38,544 nucleotides of DNA, from positions 1 to 38,544 of the forward strand of contig JBHIAC010000014.1 in assembly GCA_046758365.1 (NCBI GenBank), written 5' to 3'. Shown piece after piece: positions 1-9,164 of this stretch. Within the stretch, counting starts at the first letter, position 1. Each line of letters opens with the position of its first letter. A model generated the notes under the pieces. The model saw nothing but the letters and a program-made list of their open reading frames with translations. It was not told the DNA's origin and did not search any database. The stretch comes from a bacterium. GTDB taxonomy: Bacteria; Zhuqueibacterota; Zhuqueibacteria; Oceanimicrobiales; Oceanimicrobiaceae. The position numbers were made by a program, and so were the translations under genes.

Positions 1-199
1 CTAAAAAAACAACGTGTTGCAGATTTGTAGTACAATTAACTTTATACCAGAGATTAATGGCTACTGAACCAGCTTTAACCAAAAAAATAAGAGGTGGTTA
101 AACTAACAAAAAATTTAACCACGGAAAACCACACCGCGGCGGCGCCGCAACCAAAAAAAACTTTGCTAAAAAAACAAGCTTTTACAAGCTTGTAGTACA
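1..199. repeat. Non-coding repeat region with two direct copies of CTAAAAAAACAA-N12-TTGTAGTACA (1-34, 166-199) and a GCGGC-GGC-GCCGC hairpin (136-148)
   Basis: Direct repeats read from the sequence. The second copy abuts the point where TauE-like coding sequence begins. Confidence 0.65.
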
Positions 200-901
200 G
201 AGGTTTTTGGATTTGCCAGCGGCCTGTTTGCCTATGCTTATAAGCAGTTGATTGACTATAAGCTAGGTATCTCCCTTTTAACAGCCACTATTCCAATGGC
301 CTTGATAGGTACTTGGGTTGCTGGATATGTTCCATCGGAAATTCTTAAGGTGATTCTTGGTGGAGGGTTATTAGCCATTGCTGTTAGTTTCTTTAGAACC
401 CCTGGGTATAAAGAGGTCGTACAATTGGACATGGATATTCAGAAAACGTATGGTGGTGAGAAGGCCGAGACATGCTTGATTACGAAAGAAGGCGAAAAGA
501 TTTGTTACACGGTCTGCAATCGCACTGAGGGTCGCCTCATCGCTGGATTGGGTGGGCTGTTTATTGGTATGATATCTACAGGCCAGGGGGAATTAAACAG
601 CTATTTTCTCATGCAGCGCTGTCGGGTGCCGAGTAGGATAGCTGTAGCTTCCAGTGTGTTTGTAGTTGCCATTACAGCTCTGGTTGCTTCTACCGGGCAT
701 TTCGTTAAGTTTGTTCATACGGGCGGACAAACGTTAAACACGGTTTTGAGCCTTGTGGTCTTTACAGGTCCGGGGGTTATTATAGGGGGACAATTAGGAT
801 CATTAGTCTCCAGCCGTATTTCACAGCACACTCTAGAGCGCGCCTTGGCTATACTTTTTATTTTAGTAGCCGCAGTTACTCTCGGCGAGGTAATTCTATG
901 A
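197..901 (+). pseudogene. Sulfite exporter TauE/SafE-family membrane protein, 5'-truncated
   Basis: Multi-TM ORF (ATIPMALIG, GVIIGGQLGS). The frame extends upstream of the called TTG as TEVFGFASGLFAYAYKQL from 197, then runs into repeat DNA with a stop at 167-169. No start codon or RBS. Confidence 0.7.
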
Positions 902-1083
902 TATTCCGAGTTATAATTTTTGATTTGGATGGTACATTGGTGCAGTCTGAAAGTCTGAAGGCCATTCATGAAAGTGGTCTAATCGAAAAAGACTGGATTG
1001 TGGACGATCCAGCCAAACTCGAATCCGTGGCCCATCAGAAAATTTATGAAAAGAGAAGTAATTTTAAAATTTATGAAAAGTAA
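898..1083 (+). pseudogene. HAD-family phosphatase remnant with a large internal deletion
   Basis: HAD motif I (IFDLDGTLV) is followed after about 22 aa by a C-terminal-like segment (WIVDDP). Only 61 aa, with motifs II-IV absent. Confidence 0.7.
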
Positions 1084-1801
1084 CATTCAAATTTTTGCAA
1101 CCAAATCTGAATTAGTTAGTGCAGTTACTGAAGAGATAATCAATACCATTGAGCAAAATTCGCAAGAAAAGGGAATATGCAATATCGCTCTGGCTGGGGG
1201 TAATACGCCACGAGAGGTTTATGCATTGCTGGCTGTGCATCATAAAAGCCGGGTAGACTGGAATCGTGTACATCTATTTTGGGGTGATGAAAGAACCGTA
1301 CCGCAAGATCATCCTGATAGCAATTTTAGTATGGTTCAACAGGCACTTCTTGCTCACATTGCAATACCAGAAAGGAATGTACATCGAATTCGCGGAGAAA
1401 TGGCGCCAAGGGAAGCCGCTGCAGAATACACGGCATTTTTAAGCAAACATTTCCAAGAAATGCCACCACACTTTGATTTAATATTACTTGGAGTAGGAGA
1501 AGAGGGTCACACCGCTTCACTTTTTCCTGGCACCAATGCTCTGGAAGAATTGAATCAACCTGTGATGGCGGTATTTGTTCCAAAGTTAAATACCTGGCGG
1601 GTAACTTTGACGCTGCCAGTGCTGAATGCCGCCAGAGAAGTTGTTTTTCTTGTTGCTGGAAGTTCCAAATCAAATATTGTGAAGCGGGTTATGAGGGTTG
1701 AGCAACCAACGAAAGCTCTTCCAGCATCTCTAGTTCATCCGGAAAAAGGCACGCTTCACTGGATGCTCGATTCTGAAGCAGCTAAGTTAATTCAGAAATA
1801 G
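1073..1801 (+). CDS. pgl: 6-phosphogluconolactonase
   Basis: ALAGGNTP, FWGDERTVP..HPDSNF and GVGEEGHTASLFP motifs. Start is probably ATG 1073 rather than 998. Confidence 0.95.
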   Translation: MKSNIQIFATKSELVSAVTEEIINTIEQNSQEKGICNIALAGGNTPREVYALLAVHHKSRVDWNRVHLFWGDERTVPQDHPDSNFSMVQQALLAHIAIPERNVHRIRGEMAPREAAAEYTAFLSKHFQEMPPHFDLILLGVGEEGHTASLFPGTNALEELNQPVMAVFVPKLNTWRVTLTLPVLNAAREVVFLVAGSSKSNIVKRVMRVEQPTKALPASLVHPEKGTLHWMLDSEAAKLIQK

Positions 1802-1878
1802 TTTGATCTAGATTCTAATTATTGTATTTTTTAAGGAATTTATAGTCGTTTGTTACACGTTACAGAAAGGATTTTGAT

Positions 1879-3297
1879 ATGGGTAAACAAGACTTTGGAT
1901 TGATCGGTCTAGGGGTTATGGGACAAAATTTTGTACTGAATGTTGAACGTAATGGCTTTGGAGTTGTGGTATACAATCGATCTGTTGAGAAAACAAAAAA
2001 GTATATTGAAGGCTCAGCCACTGGTAAAAACATCATGCCAACATACACATTAGAAGAATTTGTTGACAGTTTAGAACGGCCGCGTCGAATTATGTTGTTG
2101 GTCAAGGCTGGTGCGCCGGTAGATGCGTTCATTCAGCAGCTCCTGCCATGGTTAGATAAAGATGACCTAATCATTGATGGTGGGAATTCCTATTTTCAAG
2201 ATACAGAGCGCCGGGCCAAAGAACTTGAATCTCAAGGCCTTAACTTTTTTGGTATGGGAGTTTCTGGTGGAGAAGAAGGCGCCTTGTGGGGGCCCAGTCT
2301 GATGCCAGGGGGTTCCGAAAAGGCCTATAAAGAAGTTGAACCCATTATGACCAGTGTGGCCGCGAAAGCGGAGGAGGACGGTGAGCCCTGTGTAACCTAC
2401 ATTGGCCCGGGCGGTTCTGGACATTTGGTAAAAATGGTGCACAACGGCATCGAATATGGCGATATGCAGCTCATCTCTGAAGCCTACGATCTTCTTAAAC
2501 GGGTGCTTGGTCTCACGGCACAAGATTTTCATGAAATTTTTACCGAATGGAATCAGGGAGTGCTCTTCTCATTTTTAATCGAAGTTGCGGCCAAAGTGTT
2601 CAAGAAAATTGACGACGTTTCGGGAAAGCCTTTGGTGGATATGATACTGGACAAAGCGGGTCAAAAAGGAACAGGCAAATGGACCAGTCAAATCGCTTTG
2701 GATTTGGGTTCGGCTATCCCAACAATCACCGCCGCTGTAGATGGACGCATTCTCTCGTCACAAAAAGAGGAACGGGTGCAGGCATCTAAAATATTATTAG
2801 GCCCCACCGCTAAATATTCTGGCGAACCGCAAAAATTGATAGCTGCAGTGCGGGATGCACTCTATGCCTCCAAAATTTGCTCTTATGCACAAGGTATGAG
2901 TTTGTTGAGAAAAGCTTCCGAAGAATACACATATAATCTGAAATTGGGTGAAATTGCAAAGATTTGGCGAGCCGGCTGCATCATAAGAGCCAGACTGCTT
3001 AATGATATTACAAAAGCATATAATCGAAACAGAGACCTACATAATTTGCTGGTTGATGAGGAATTTCAAAAAGCAGTAAATACTCGACAAGATGCCTGGC
3101 GCTTTACCCTTAAAACCGCGGTAGATTTAGGCGTTCCCATGCCAGCCATGAGTGCGTCATTGGCCTATTATGACGCCTACCGCAGCGAGCGGCTGCCAGC
3201 GAACTTGATTCAAGCGCAGCGGGATTTCTTTGGGGCTCACACTTTTGAACGAATAGACAAACCAGGTATCTTTCATGCAGAGTGGGAAACCAAATAA
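1879..3297 (+). CDS. gndA: NADP-dependent 6-phosphogluconate dehydrogenase
   Basis: GLGVMG, VKMVHNGIEYGDMQ and QAQRDFFGAHT motifs. RBS AAAGGA. Confidence 0.97.
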   Translation: MGKQDFGLIGLGVMGQNFVLNVERNGFGVVVYNRSVEKTKKYIEGSATGKNIMPTYTLEEFVDSLERPRRIMLLVKAGAPVDAFIQQLLPWLDKDDLIIDGGNSYFQDTERRAKELESQGLNFFGMGVSGGEEGALWGPSLMPGGSEKAYKEVEPIMTSVAAKAEEDGEPCVTYIGPGGSGHLVKMVHNGIEYGDMQLISEAYDLLKRVLGLTAQDFHEIFTEWNQGVLFSFLIEVAAKVFKKIDDVSGKPLVDMILDKAGQKGTGKWTSQIALDLGSAIPTITAAVDGRILSSQKEERVQASKILLGPTAKYSGEPQKLIAAVRDALYASKICSYAQGMSLLRKASEEYTYNLKLGEIAKIWRAGCIIRARLLNDITKAYNRNRDLHNLLVDEEFQKAVNTRQDAWRFTLKTAVDLGVPMPAMSASLAYYDAYRSERLPANLIQAQRDFFGAHTFERIDKPGIFHAEWETK

Positions 3298-3386
3298 GAT
3301 GAGACTTGCGGTAAAACTTATGTGGACTAAGAAAACCTATTTGAAACGGAATCGCTATCTAATAAAGATTTATATAAAAGCCTATT

Positions 3387-3420
3387 AGTATCCAGTATTC
3401 AGTATTCAGTATTCAGAATC
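3387..3420. repeat. Heptamer tandem repeat AGTATCC-(AGTATTC)x3-AGAATC
   Basis: Read directly in the gnd-zwf intergenic region. Confidence 0.85.
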
Positions 3421-3462
3421 ACTCATTTTTCAATTGGATTTTAATCAAAGAAGGAGTAATCC

Positions 3463-4992
3463 ATGAAACAAAAATCTCCTATCACCCTCGTTATTTTTGG
3501 GGCATCTGGTGATTTAACTAAGCGCAAATTGATTCCAGCCTTGTTTCAACTTGCGCATGAAAAGTTAATTCCCCAAAAAACCAGAATTATTGGTTTTGCC
3601 CGACGAGAAAAATCTCATGCACAATTTCGGGCTGAAATGAATGAAGCCGTTATGAAATATGCCCGTTTAAAACCTTTTCAAGATAAAAAGAAATTGCATG
3701 ATTTTACTACCCAGCTCTACTACCATACTGGTAATTATGATGATCAAGAAAGTTATATTGGGTTAAAAAAATTACTCGACGAGCTTGATCAAGAGATGGG
3801 GGTTACTTCGGGAGAAAGTAATCGCCTTTTTTATTTGTCAACACCTCCCAATGTATTTTCTGGCGTGGTTAACATGCTTGGCCAGGCGGAGCTCATTGCC
3901 GATCCCAATAATAAAGAAGGCTGGACTCGGGTAATCATAGAAAAACCATTTGGGCGAAATCTCGAATCAGCGCATACCTTAAACAGACAAATCTTGTCAA
4001 TCTTAGATGAGAATCAGGTCTATCGCATTGACCATTATCTCGGTAAGGAAACCGTGCAAAATATCATGGCTTTTCGATTCGGCAACAGCATTTTCGAGCC
4101 TCTTTGGAATCGCCGCTATATTGATCATGTTCAAATCACGGTAGCAGAAGCCGTGAGTGTCAAAGCTCGCGGCGGCTATTATGACCAATCCGGTGCCCTT
4201 CGTGATATGGTTCAAAACCACATTCTGCAGCTTCTGGCATTAGTAGCTATGGAACCGCCCGCTTCCTTTGCGCCCAATGCGGTACGGGATGAAAAAGTGA
4301 AAGTGCTGTGTGCTATTCGCCCGATTGGGATCAACGAAATTGAACATTGTACGATTCGTGGACAGTATGTGTCTGGAAGTATCAAGGGTCGTTCCATTCA
4401 GGATTACATTAACGAAACAGGAGTTGATCCAAATTCTCGAACCGAGACATTTGTTGCACTAAAATTGCATGTGGACAACTGGCGCTGGGCTGGCATACCG
4501 TTTTATGTCCGGACTGGAAAAGCGCTTCCCAGGCGGATCACTGAAATTACTATCGAATTTAGGCAACCACCTTTAGCCCTTTTCAGTCATGCCAAACACG
4601 AAGAACATGTGGAAGGTGATCCTATGCAGCCTAACAGGCTTTCATTGCGTGTTCAACCAAATGAAGGAATACGTTTGACCTTTGGTTTAAAAATACCTGG
4701 CCCAAGTATGATTTTACATCCCACAGATATGGAGTTTTGTTATGACAAGGTCTTTGATGCTGAACCTCCAGAAGCCTATGAGCGCTTGATATTGGATGCA
4801 ATATTAGGCGACGGTACCCTTTTTATCAGACACGACGAGGTAGAGGCTGCCTGGACTCTCATTGATGGTGTGATTGAAGGCTGGTCTGCCGCTAAAACCC
4901 CCCACATTCACTCTTATACGGCAGGGACCTGGGGACCCTACGCTGCTGATGAGTTAATTGCTAAAGATGGAAGAAAGTGGGTAGAGCTTTAA
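3463..4992 (+). CDS. zwf: Glucose-6-phosphate 1-dehydrogenase
   Basis: GASGDLTKRKL, IEKPFG and RIDHYLGKETVQN motifs. RBS AAGGAG. Confidence 0.97.
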   Translation: MKQKSPITLVIFGASGDLTKRKLIPALFQLAHEKLIPQKTRIIGFARREKSHAQFRAEMNEAVMKYARLKPFQDKKKLHDFTTQLYYHTGNYDDQESYIGLKKLLDELDQEMGVTSGESNRLFYLSTPPNVFSGVVNMLGQAELIADPNNKEGWTRVIIEKPFGRNLESAHTLNRQILSILDENQVYRIDHYLGKETVQNIMAFRFGNSIFEPLWNRRYIDHVQITVAEAVSVKARGGYYDQSGALRDMVQNHILQLLALVAMEPPASFAPNAVRDEKVKVLCAIRPIGINEIEHCTIRGQYVSGSIKGRSIQDYINETGVDPNSRTETFVALKLHVDNWRWAGIPFYVRTGKALPRRITEITIEFRQPPLALFSHAKHEEHVEGDPMQPNRLSLRVQPNEGIRLTFGLKIPGPSMILHPTDMEFCYDKVFDAEPPEAYERLILDAILGDGTLFIRHDEVEAAWTLIDGVIEGWSAAKTPHIHSYTAGTWGPYAADELIAKDGRKWVEL

Positions 4993-5043
4993 GCGCTTAG
5001 TGAGCGCACATCGACAATTTTTTGCCGATATGTTGAAACGCTT

Positions 5044-5218
5044 AAATTCTAAATCCGAATATCGAAATCCGAAACAATACCGAAATTTACCCCGTTAGAT
5101 AACACATTAAATAATATGGCCACTATTGTTAGATAATCCTGTATCTAAGGGGGTGAAAAATTCAAATGTTCCAAACAATCTCGGCTCTTATGGTTTTGGT
5201 CATTTCTGCTTTTGTTTT
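5044..5218. repeat. Heptamer-array inverted element (AAATCCG/AATATCG units) interrupted by a nested MITE
   Basis: Left arm AAATTCT AAATCCG AATATCG AAATCCG AAACAA. A partial right arm GTTTTGGTCATTT is present. Homologous to 17758-17945. Confidence 0.7.
5086..5157. mobile_element. 72-bp MITE-like element
   Basis: 16-bp terminal inverted repeats TTTACCCCGTTAGATA / TATCTAAGGGGGTGAA (2 mismatches), no ORF. Confidence 0.7.
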
Positions 5219-5222
5219 TTAT

Positions 5223-5747
5223 TTATCTAATAAATGTGATGAGTTTGTGTTTTGATTGGATGATAAAATGGTCAATGGCACTCATGACCAATAAAATGAT
5301 TATGGCAAATCCAAGCAAACTCAAATTTATGTTTAAGCCTAAAAAATAATTTTTAATATTAAGAAACACCTCAAGATTAAAATATTTTTGTACTGCACGA
5401 CCTAATAGGATAAATCTCTCCAACAAAGGCTTTAATTCAATAAAATAAAGAGCTGTCCCCGCTCCAATCATGAGTCCAAAAGCCGAAAGTACTATGTGCC
5501 AAACTCGTATTTTAAATGTTACCGCAAAATCTTTATGGATTCTTGCAATAACAGATTCAGAAAAATTGGGCGATAAACTAAAGTTTATCTCTCTATTTAA
5601 TGCTACATACAAGTTTTGGTATTGACTTAATTGCTTTTTACAGAATTCACAATTTTCAAGATGGGTTGGAATCCAACGGTTCTCCATGGAAAGTTTCCCA
5701 TCTAGATATTCCTGTATCTCTTCATCCGTTACATGTCTTAGTGCCAT
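5223..5747 (-). CDS. Zinc-finger (zf-HC2) membrane anti-sigma factor
   Basis: HLENCEFC (HxxxCxxC), two TM segments, overlaps the 3' end of the ECF sigma gene. Confidence 0.85.
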   Translation of the reverse strand: MALRHVTDEEIQEYLDGKLSMENRWIPTHLENCEFCKKQLSQYQNLYVALNREINFSLSPNFSESVIARIHKDFAVTFKIRVWHIVLSAFGLMIGAGTALYFIELKPLLERFILLGRAVQKYFNLEVFLNIKNYFLGLNINLSLLGFAIIILLVMSAIDHFIIQSKHKLITFIR

Positions 5748-6310
5748 AATTCCTCCAGTGGAAATTTTGTTATCAATCGTTTCTTCAAAAGTTTTCTTGC
5801 CCGAAACAGATAGCTTTTAACGGTGCCATCGGGTAATCCCATGATTTCTACAATTTCAGCATAACTCATTTCATCGAGATGATACAAGGTTAAGATAGTT
5901 CTAAACTGAACAGGTAATTTGTTTATCTCATTTTGTAAACGTAGGGCTAAATCGCTATCCTCAGCAAATTCCTCGGGTGATGTATGATTACTTAAATAAT
6001 CCTCAATAGATTTGTTTTCGGAAGAACAATCATTGAACAGGGGTACTTTCTTTTTCTTAAGGTGATTAATGCTGGTATTATAAGCAATCTTAGCAATCCA
6101 GGTCGATATTTTTGATTCGAATTGAAAGTTTGACAAATTTTGATAAACTTTAATAAATACATCTTGGCAGACATCTTCTCTATCCGACTTATTGGAAATC
6201 ATTCTGAAAACAATATGGCTAACCAATCGCTGATATTTTTCAATCAAAGATTGGAATGCCTTCGTATCTCCAGATATGATTTTGTCGATTAGAAGTTTGA
6301 CATCTGTCAT
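5738..6310 (-). CDS. ECF RNA polymerase sigma factor
   Basis: Region 2 EDVCQDVFIKVY..STWIAKIAYN and region 4 SYAEIVEIMGLPDGTVKSYLFRAR. Confidence 0.95.
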   Translation of the reverse strand: MTDVKLLIDKIISGDTKAFQSLIEKYQRLVSHIVFRMISNKSDREDVCQDVFIKVYQNLSNFQFESKISTWIAKIAYNTSINHLKKKKVPLFNDCSSENKSIEDYLSNHTSPEEFAEDSDLALRLQNEINKLPVQFRTILTLYHLDEMSYAEIVEIMGLPDGTVKSYLFRARKLLKKRLITKFPLEELWH

Positions 6311-6316
6311 AAATTA

Positions 6317-6345
6317 TTAGACAAATAAGTGGAGGTAATGTTGCA
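6317..6345 (-). promoter_or_regulatory. Putative ECF-dependent autoregulatory promoter TGCAAC-N17-GTCTAA
   Basis: Ends 6 nt before the sigma ATG with no SD. The same motif occurs at 10853-10881. Confidence 0.7.
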
Positions 6346-6508
6346 TCATTTATTTTCAAATTGATTCGGGGCACTGATTTTACCCGCAGCTAGTGATAAA
6401 ACAATTAATCAACGGGTTTTTCATATCAATTTATAAGTATGCGTACTGCCTTCTCAAAATTGTTAACTCAGTTTACTTCACGAACTTATTAAATAAGTTT
6501 TTCATCTC

Positions 6509-6613
6509 AAAAGGCATGGCTGAAAACTCCAGTTTTTTGACATTCACAAATTCTAACTTATTGTTTTTTAGTTCAATCTTTTTCTAAATATCGACTTTTC
6601 GACTACGCCTCTA
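6509..6613. mobile_element. 105-bp MITE (family copy 1)
   Basis: Right end TTTTCGACTACGCCTCTA and degenerate left end AGGCATGGCTGAAAA. Aligns without gaps to the reverse complement of 11316-11420. Confidence 0.7.
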
Positions 6614-6644
6614 GTTAGAAATAGAGCATTAATGAGCCATATAT

Positions 6645-6753
6645 ACATAACTTCATCATCGTTTTTTTGATTTTGACTTTTTGCAAAACCTAGTCGGGTT
6701 GATTTAGTGAACTGGCATATGCTGCCTTGGTTGCGCCAAGTAACTAGTTACAC
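6645..6753 (-). mobile_element. Degenerate integron attC site after the aminotransferase cassette
   Basis: Minus-strand inverse core GTGTAAC contains the gene's TAA stop. A core GTTATGT lies about 100 nt on, but the inner arms pair poorly. Confidence 0.45.
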
Positions 6754-7905
6754 GCACTGGGATCTCTCATAAATCTGATCAATGCATTCAAGAGATCTTA
6801 CAATATCATCGCTGTTATTGTAAAGATGCGGAGAAAATCGTATAATATCGTGCCGAGATGAGACTATAACCTGAGCTTCTTTAAGTTTCCGAGCTATCTC
6901 GTCAGAATCTTGCCCATGAAATCGTGCAGTCACAATGGAAGTGCGTTCTGCATTATTGAGCGGCGAAGTAATTTCAACATTGCGTTCGTGCAATCCGTGG
7001 ATCAACCCATCAGCTAAGTATAGGTTATATTTAAAAATACGTTTTATGCCAACATTCAGGAGGAATTCTATGGAGCGCGCTAAACCGAGAGCACAGCCAA
7101 ATGCCATTGTACTGAACTCAAATCGTTTTGCAGTTTTCGGATATTCGATTCTATCTGCCTGAAGATCCCACATATCTTTATGGCTACGAAATCCAACTAA
7201 GCCTGGCTCTAACTCAGTCTGCAAATGAGGGGCAAGATACATGACAGCCGCACCAAAAGGACCACAAAGCCACTTGTAGGCACCACAAACCAAAGCATCA
7301 ATGGCACAACCGGGAGCGTCTATCGGTATCGCCCCCGCAGATTGGGTGGCATCTACAACAAATAAAGCACCGTGCTCATGCGCAGCTTCTCCTAATTTTG
7401 CCAGATCAAAACGTTGCCCACCCCCATATTCAACATGTGAAATACAAACTACGGCTGTGTTCTTATCAATAAGTTGAATAATATCGTCTGGATTAGCATA
7501 ACCATTTTGTCCCAGAGCAAATCTAATTTGACAGCCGGTATGATTTGCTACCCTCCGCCAAGGATAAATTGTGCTAGGAAATACGATATTTGTACTTACA
7601 ACATTCTTGTCAGAGCCCGGTGCAACTGCCCAGGCCAATGAACTAAGTAGTTCTGTGGCACTTGAACCCACAGCTATATCTTCAAGCCTAGCCTTAAAAA
7701 GACGGGCAGCTACGACATGCAACTCATCGAAAACGTTAGCTTCGGCAGTTTCATCAAAATTCATGCTACCATTTTCTGCCACATCTTTTTGCCAATCGAC
7801 TATAGCCTTTTCAGCGCCGCGGTACATTAAAGCAACATTTGCAGCGTTTAAATAAGTACAATTGTGAGTAGCCGGAAAATCATCAGGATCCACGATTGGA
7901 TTCAT
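6748..7905 (-). CDS. Class V PLP-dependent aminotransferase-family enzyme (cassette gene)
   Basis: YLNAA, VVDATQSAG, GAYKWLCGPFG (PLP lysine) and IRFSPHLYN. No catalytic Cys loop of cysteine desulfurases is evident. Confidence 0.9.
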   Translation of the reverse strand: MNPIVDPDDFPATHNCTYLNAANVALMYRGAEKAIVDWQKDVAENGSMNFDETAEANVFDELHVVAARLFKARLEDIAVGSSATELLSSLAWAVAPGSDKNVVSTNIVFPSTIYPWRRVANHTGCQIRFALGQNGYANPDDIIQLIDKNTAVVCISHVEYGGGQRFDLAKLGEAAHEHGALFVVDATQSAGAIPIDAPGCAIDALVCGAYKWLCGPFGAAVMYLAPHLQTELEPGLVGFRSHKDMWDLQADRIEYPKTAKRFEFSTMAFGCALGLARSIEFLLNVGIKRIFKYNLYLADGLIHGLHERNVEITSPLNNAERTSIVTARFHGQDSDEIARKLKEAQVIVSSRHDIIRFSPHLYNNSDDIVRSLECIDQIYERSQCV

Positions 7906-7958
7906 AATCTAACCTTACAGAGCAGGGTGTTTCATATTTCAGACAAAATTACAACGCT

Positions 7959-8089
7959 TTATAACATTAAGCATCAGCGGAGCGGTTGCGAAGCCACAAA
8001 ATCGATATGATTATTAACATATATACTGCGTCTTAACAGTGTCTGAAATCTCTCTATGTGGTAGCGTCCGCTCCAGCCAAGTGTTAGAC
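7959..8089 (-). mobile_element. Integron attC recombination site (131 bp)
   Basis: Minus strand GTCTAAC-ACTTG-GCTGGAG-CGGACGC ... GCTCCG-CTGATGC-TTAAT-GTTATAA gives the canonical R''/L''/L'/R' layout with 5-nt spacers. Confidence 0.85.
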
Positions 8090-8120
8090 AAATATCGACT
8101 AAATTTGTCTTGAGCTTTCC

Positions 8121-9008
8121 TTATTTAAAGAAAAGCATCTTCTTCACTTGATTAAAATGATCTGCTTTTAACTGGTAGAGATACACTCCACTTGAAACTT
8201 TATTCCCATTTTTGTCTTTTCCATCCCAGCGAACAGCATACGACCCTGCTTGATATATCGTATTAGTCAGGATGCGAATCTCTTTTCCGAGTGTATTGAA
8301 AATTCGCACGACGACATGACTGGCTTTAGGGAGCTGGAAGCGAATCTCGGTTTCCGGATTGAACGGATTTGGAAAATTTTGACTGAGGCCGTAGTTTTTC
8401 GGTATATAATCATCAACTGTGGAGTTATCGCCAATGCTAGTTACAGTTGTGTCTTCAGCACAAATATTATCCAACCAAAATTCCTGTCCACCAATTAGCA
8501 GAGAATTTACATTACCCCTAAGGACAGCGGTGCCTCTTATGCCTCCTTGTATCGCTGTGGTTGAAATTGAAAGAGTGACTCCTGAAGCTATTGCAGAAGG
8601 AGCAGCAGTTAACTGTCCAGCAAAAATTGACTGGCCATTTACAGAAATATTTTCATCACCACCCAGATCAGCAAATTCAAACGAAACAAGGTTAGGAACA
8701 AATGATAAGGTACTAAAGTCAAAAAGCAGGTTTATATTATTGGTATGCATGGTTTGTCCAGCCCCGAAACCTAAGAATGCCGTATCTACCTGACTAAAAT
8801 TGAAGGCTACACCACCGCTAACAAAATTAAAATTTTCGACCGAAACTGGGATACCGTTTTCCGTAAATACGACTTGTCCAGGTGTATTTCCAGATGGTGT
8901 ACCATACTGAGTACCGAAAGTGAGTGATTGAAAGTCAACACAGGTTTGGCCTATGGCTAAGGTTGTGAATAAAATAATGAAAAGCAAAATTAATGTAATT
9001 ACTTTCAT
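8121..9008 (-). CDS. Secreted protein with C-terminal FlgD-Ig / T9SS type A sorting domain (cassette gene)
   Basis: Signal peptide, and C-terminal LSQNFPNPFNPETEIRF...WDGKDKNGNKVSSGVYLYQL...KKM. RBS AAGGAGG. Confidence 0.88.
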   Translation of the reverse strand: MKVITLILLFIILFTTLAIGQTCVDFQSLTFGTQYGTPSGNTPGQVVFTENGIPVSVENFNFVSGGVAFNFSQVDTAFLGFGAGQTMHTNNINLLFDFSTLSFVPNLVSFEFADLGGDENISVNGQSIFAGQLTAAPSAIASGVTLSISTTAIQGGIRGTAVLRGNVNSLLIGGQEFWLDNICAEDTTVTSIGDNSTVDDYIPKNYGLSQNFPNPFNPETEIRFQLPKASHVVVRIFNTLGKEIRILTNTIYQAGSYAVRWDGKDKNGNKVSSGVYLYQLKADHFNQVKKMLFFK

Positions 9009-9134
9009 GGTTTCCTCCTTTATTTCAAGTTCAGTAATCTTGGTAACCTAATGTGGATTGAGTTTTTACGCTCGCCCCTTCAAAAAACAAATCCATTTAA
9101 TATTTGATACTTGACTCTTATCATAAAATAAACC

Positions 9135-9150
9135 TGTATAACGTTATGCC
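9135..9150 (-). mobile_element. Collapsed attC remnant (inverse core joined directly to core)
   Basis: Minus strand GGCATAAC|GTTATACA, about 15 nt after the stop of 9165-10334. Confidence 0.65.
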
Positions 9151-9164
9151 ACCAGGGCAGTTCA

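Noticed and set aside
6393..6587. 64-aa plus-strand ORF
   Set aside because: AT-rich, no RBS, and overlaps the 105-bp MITE.
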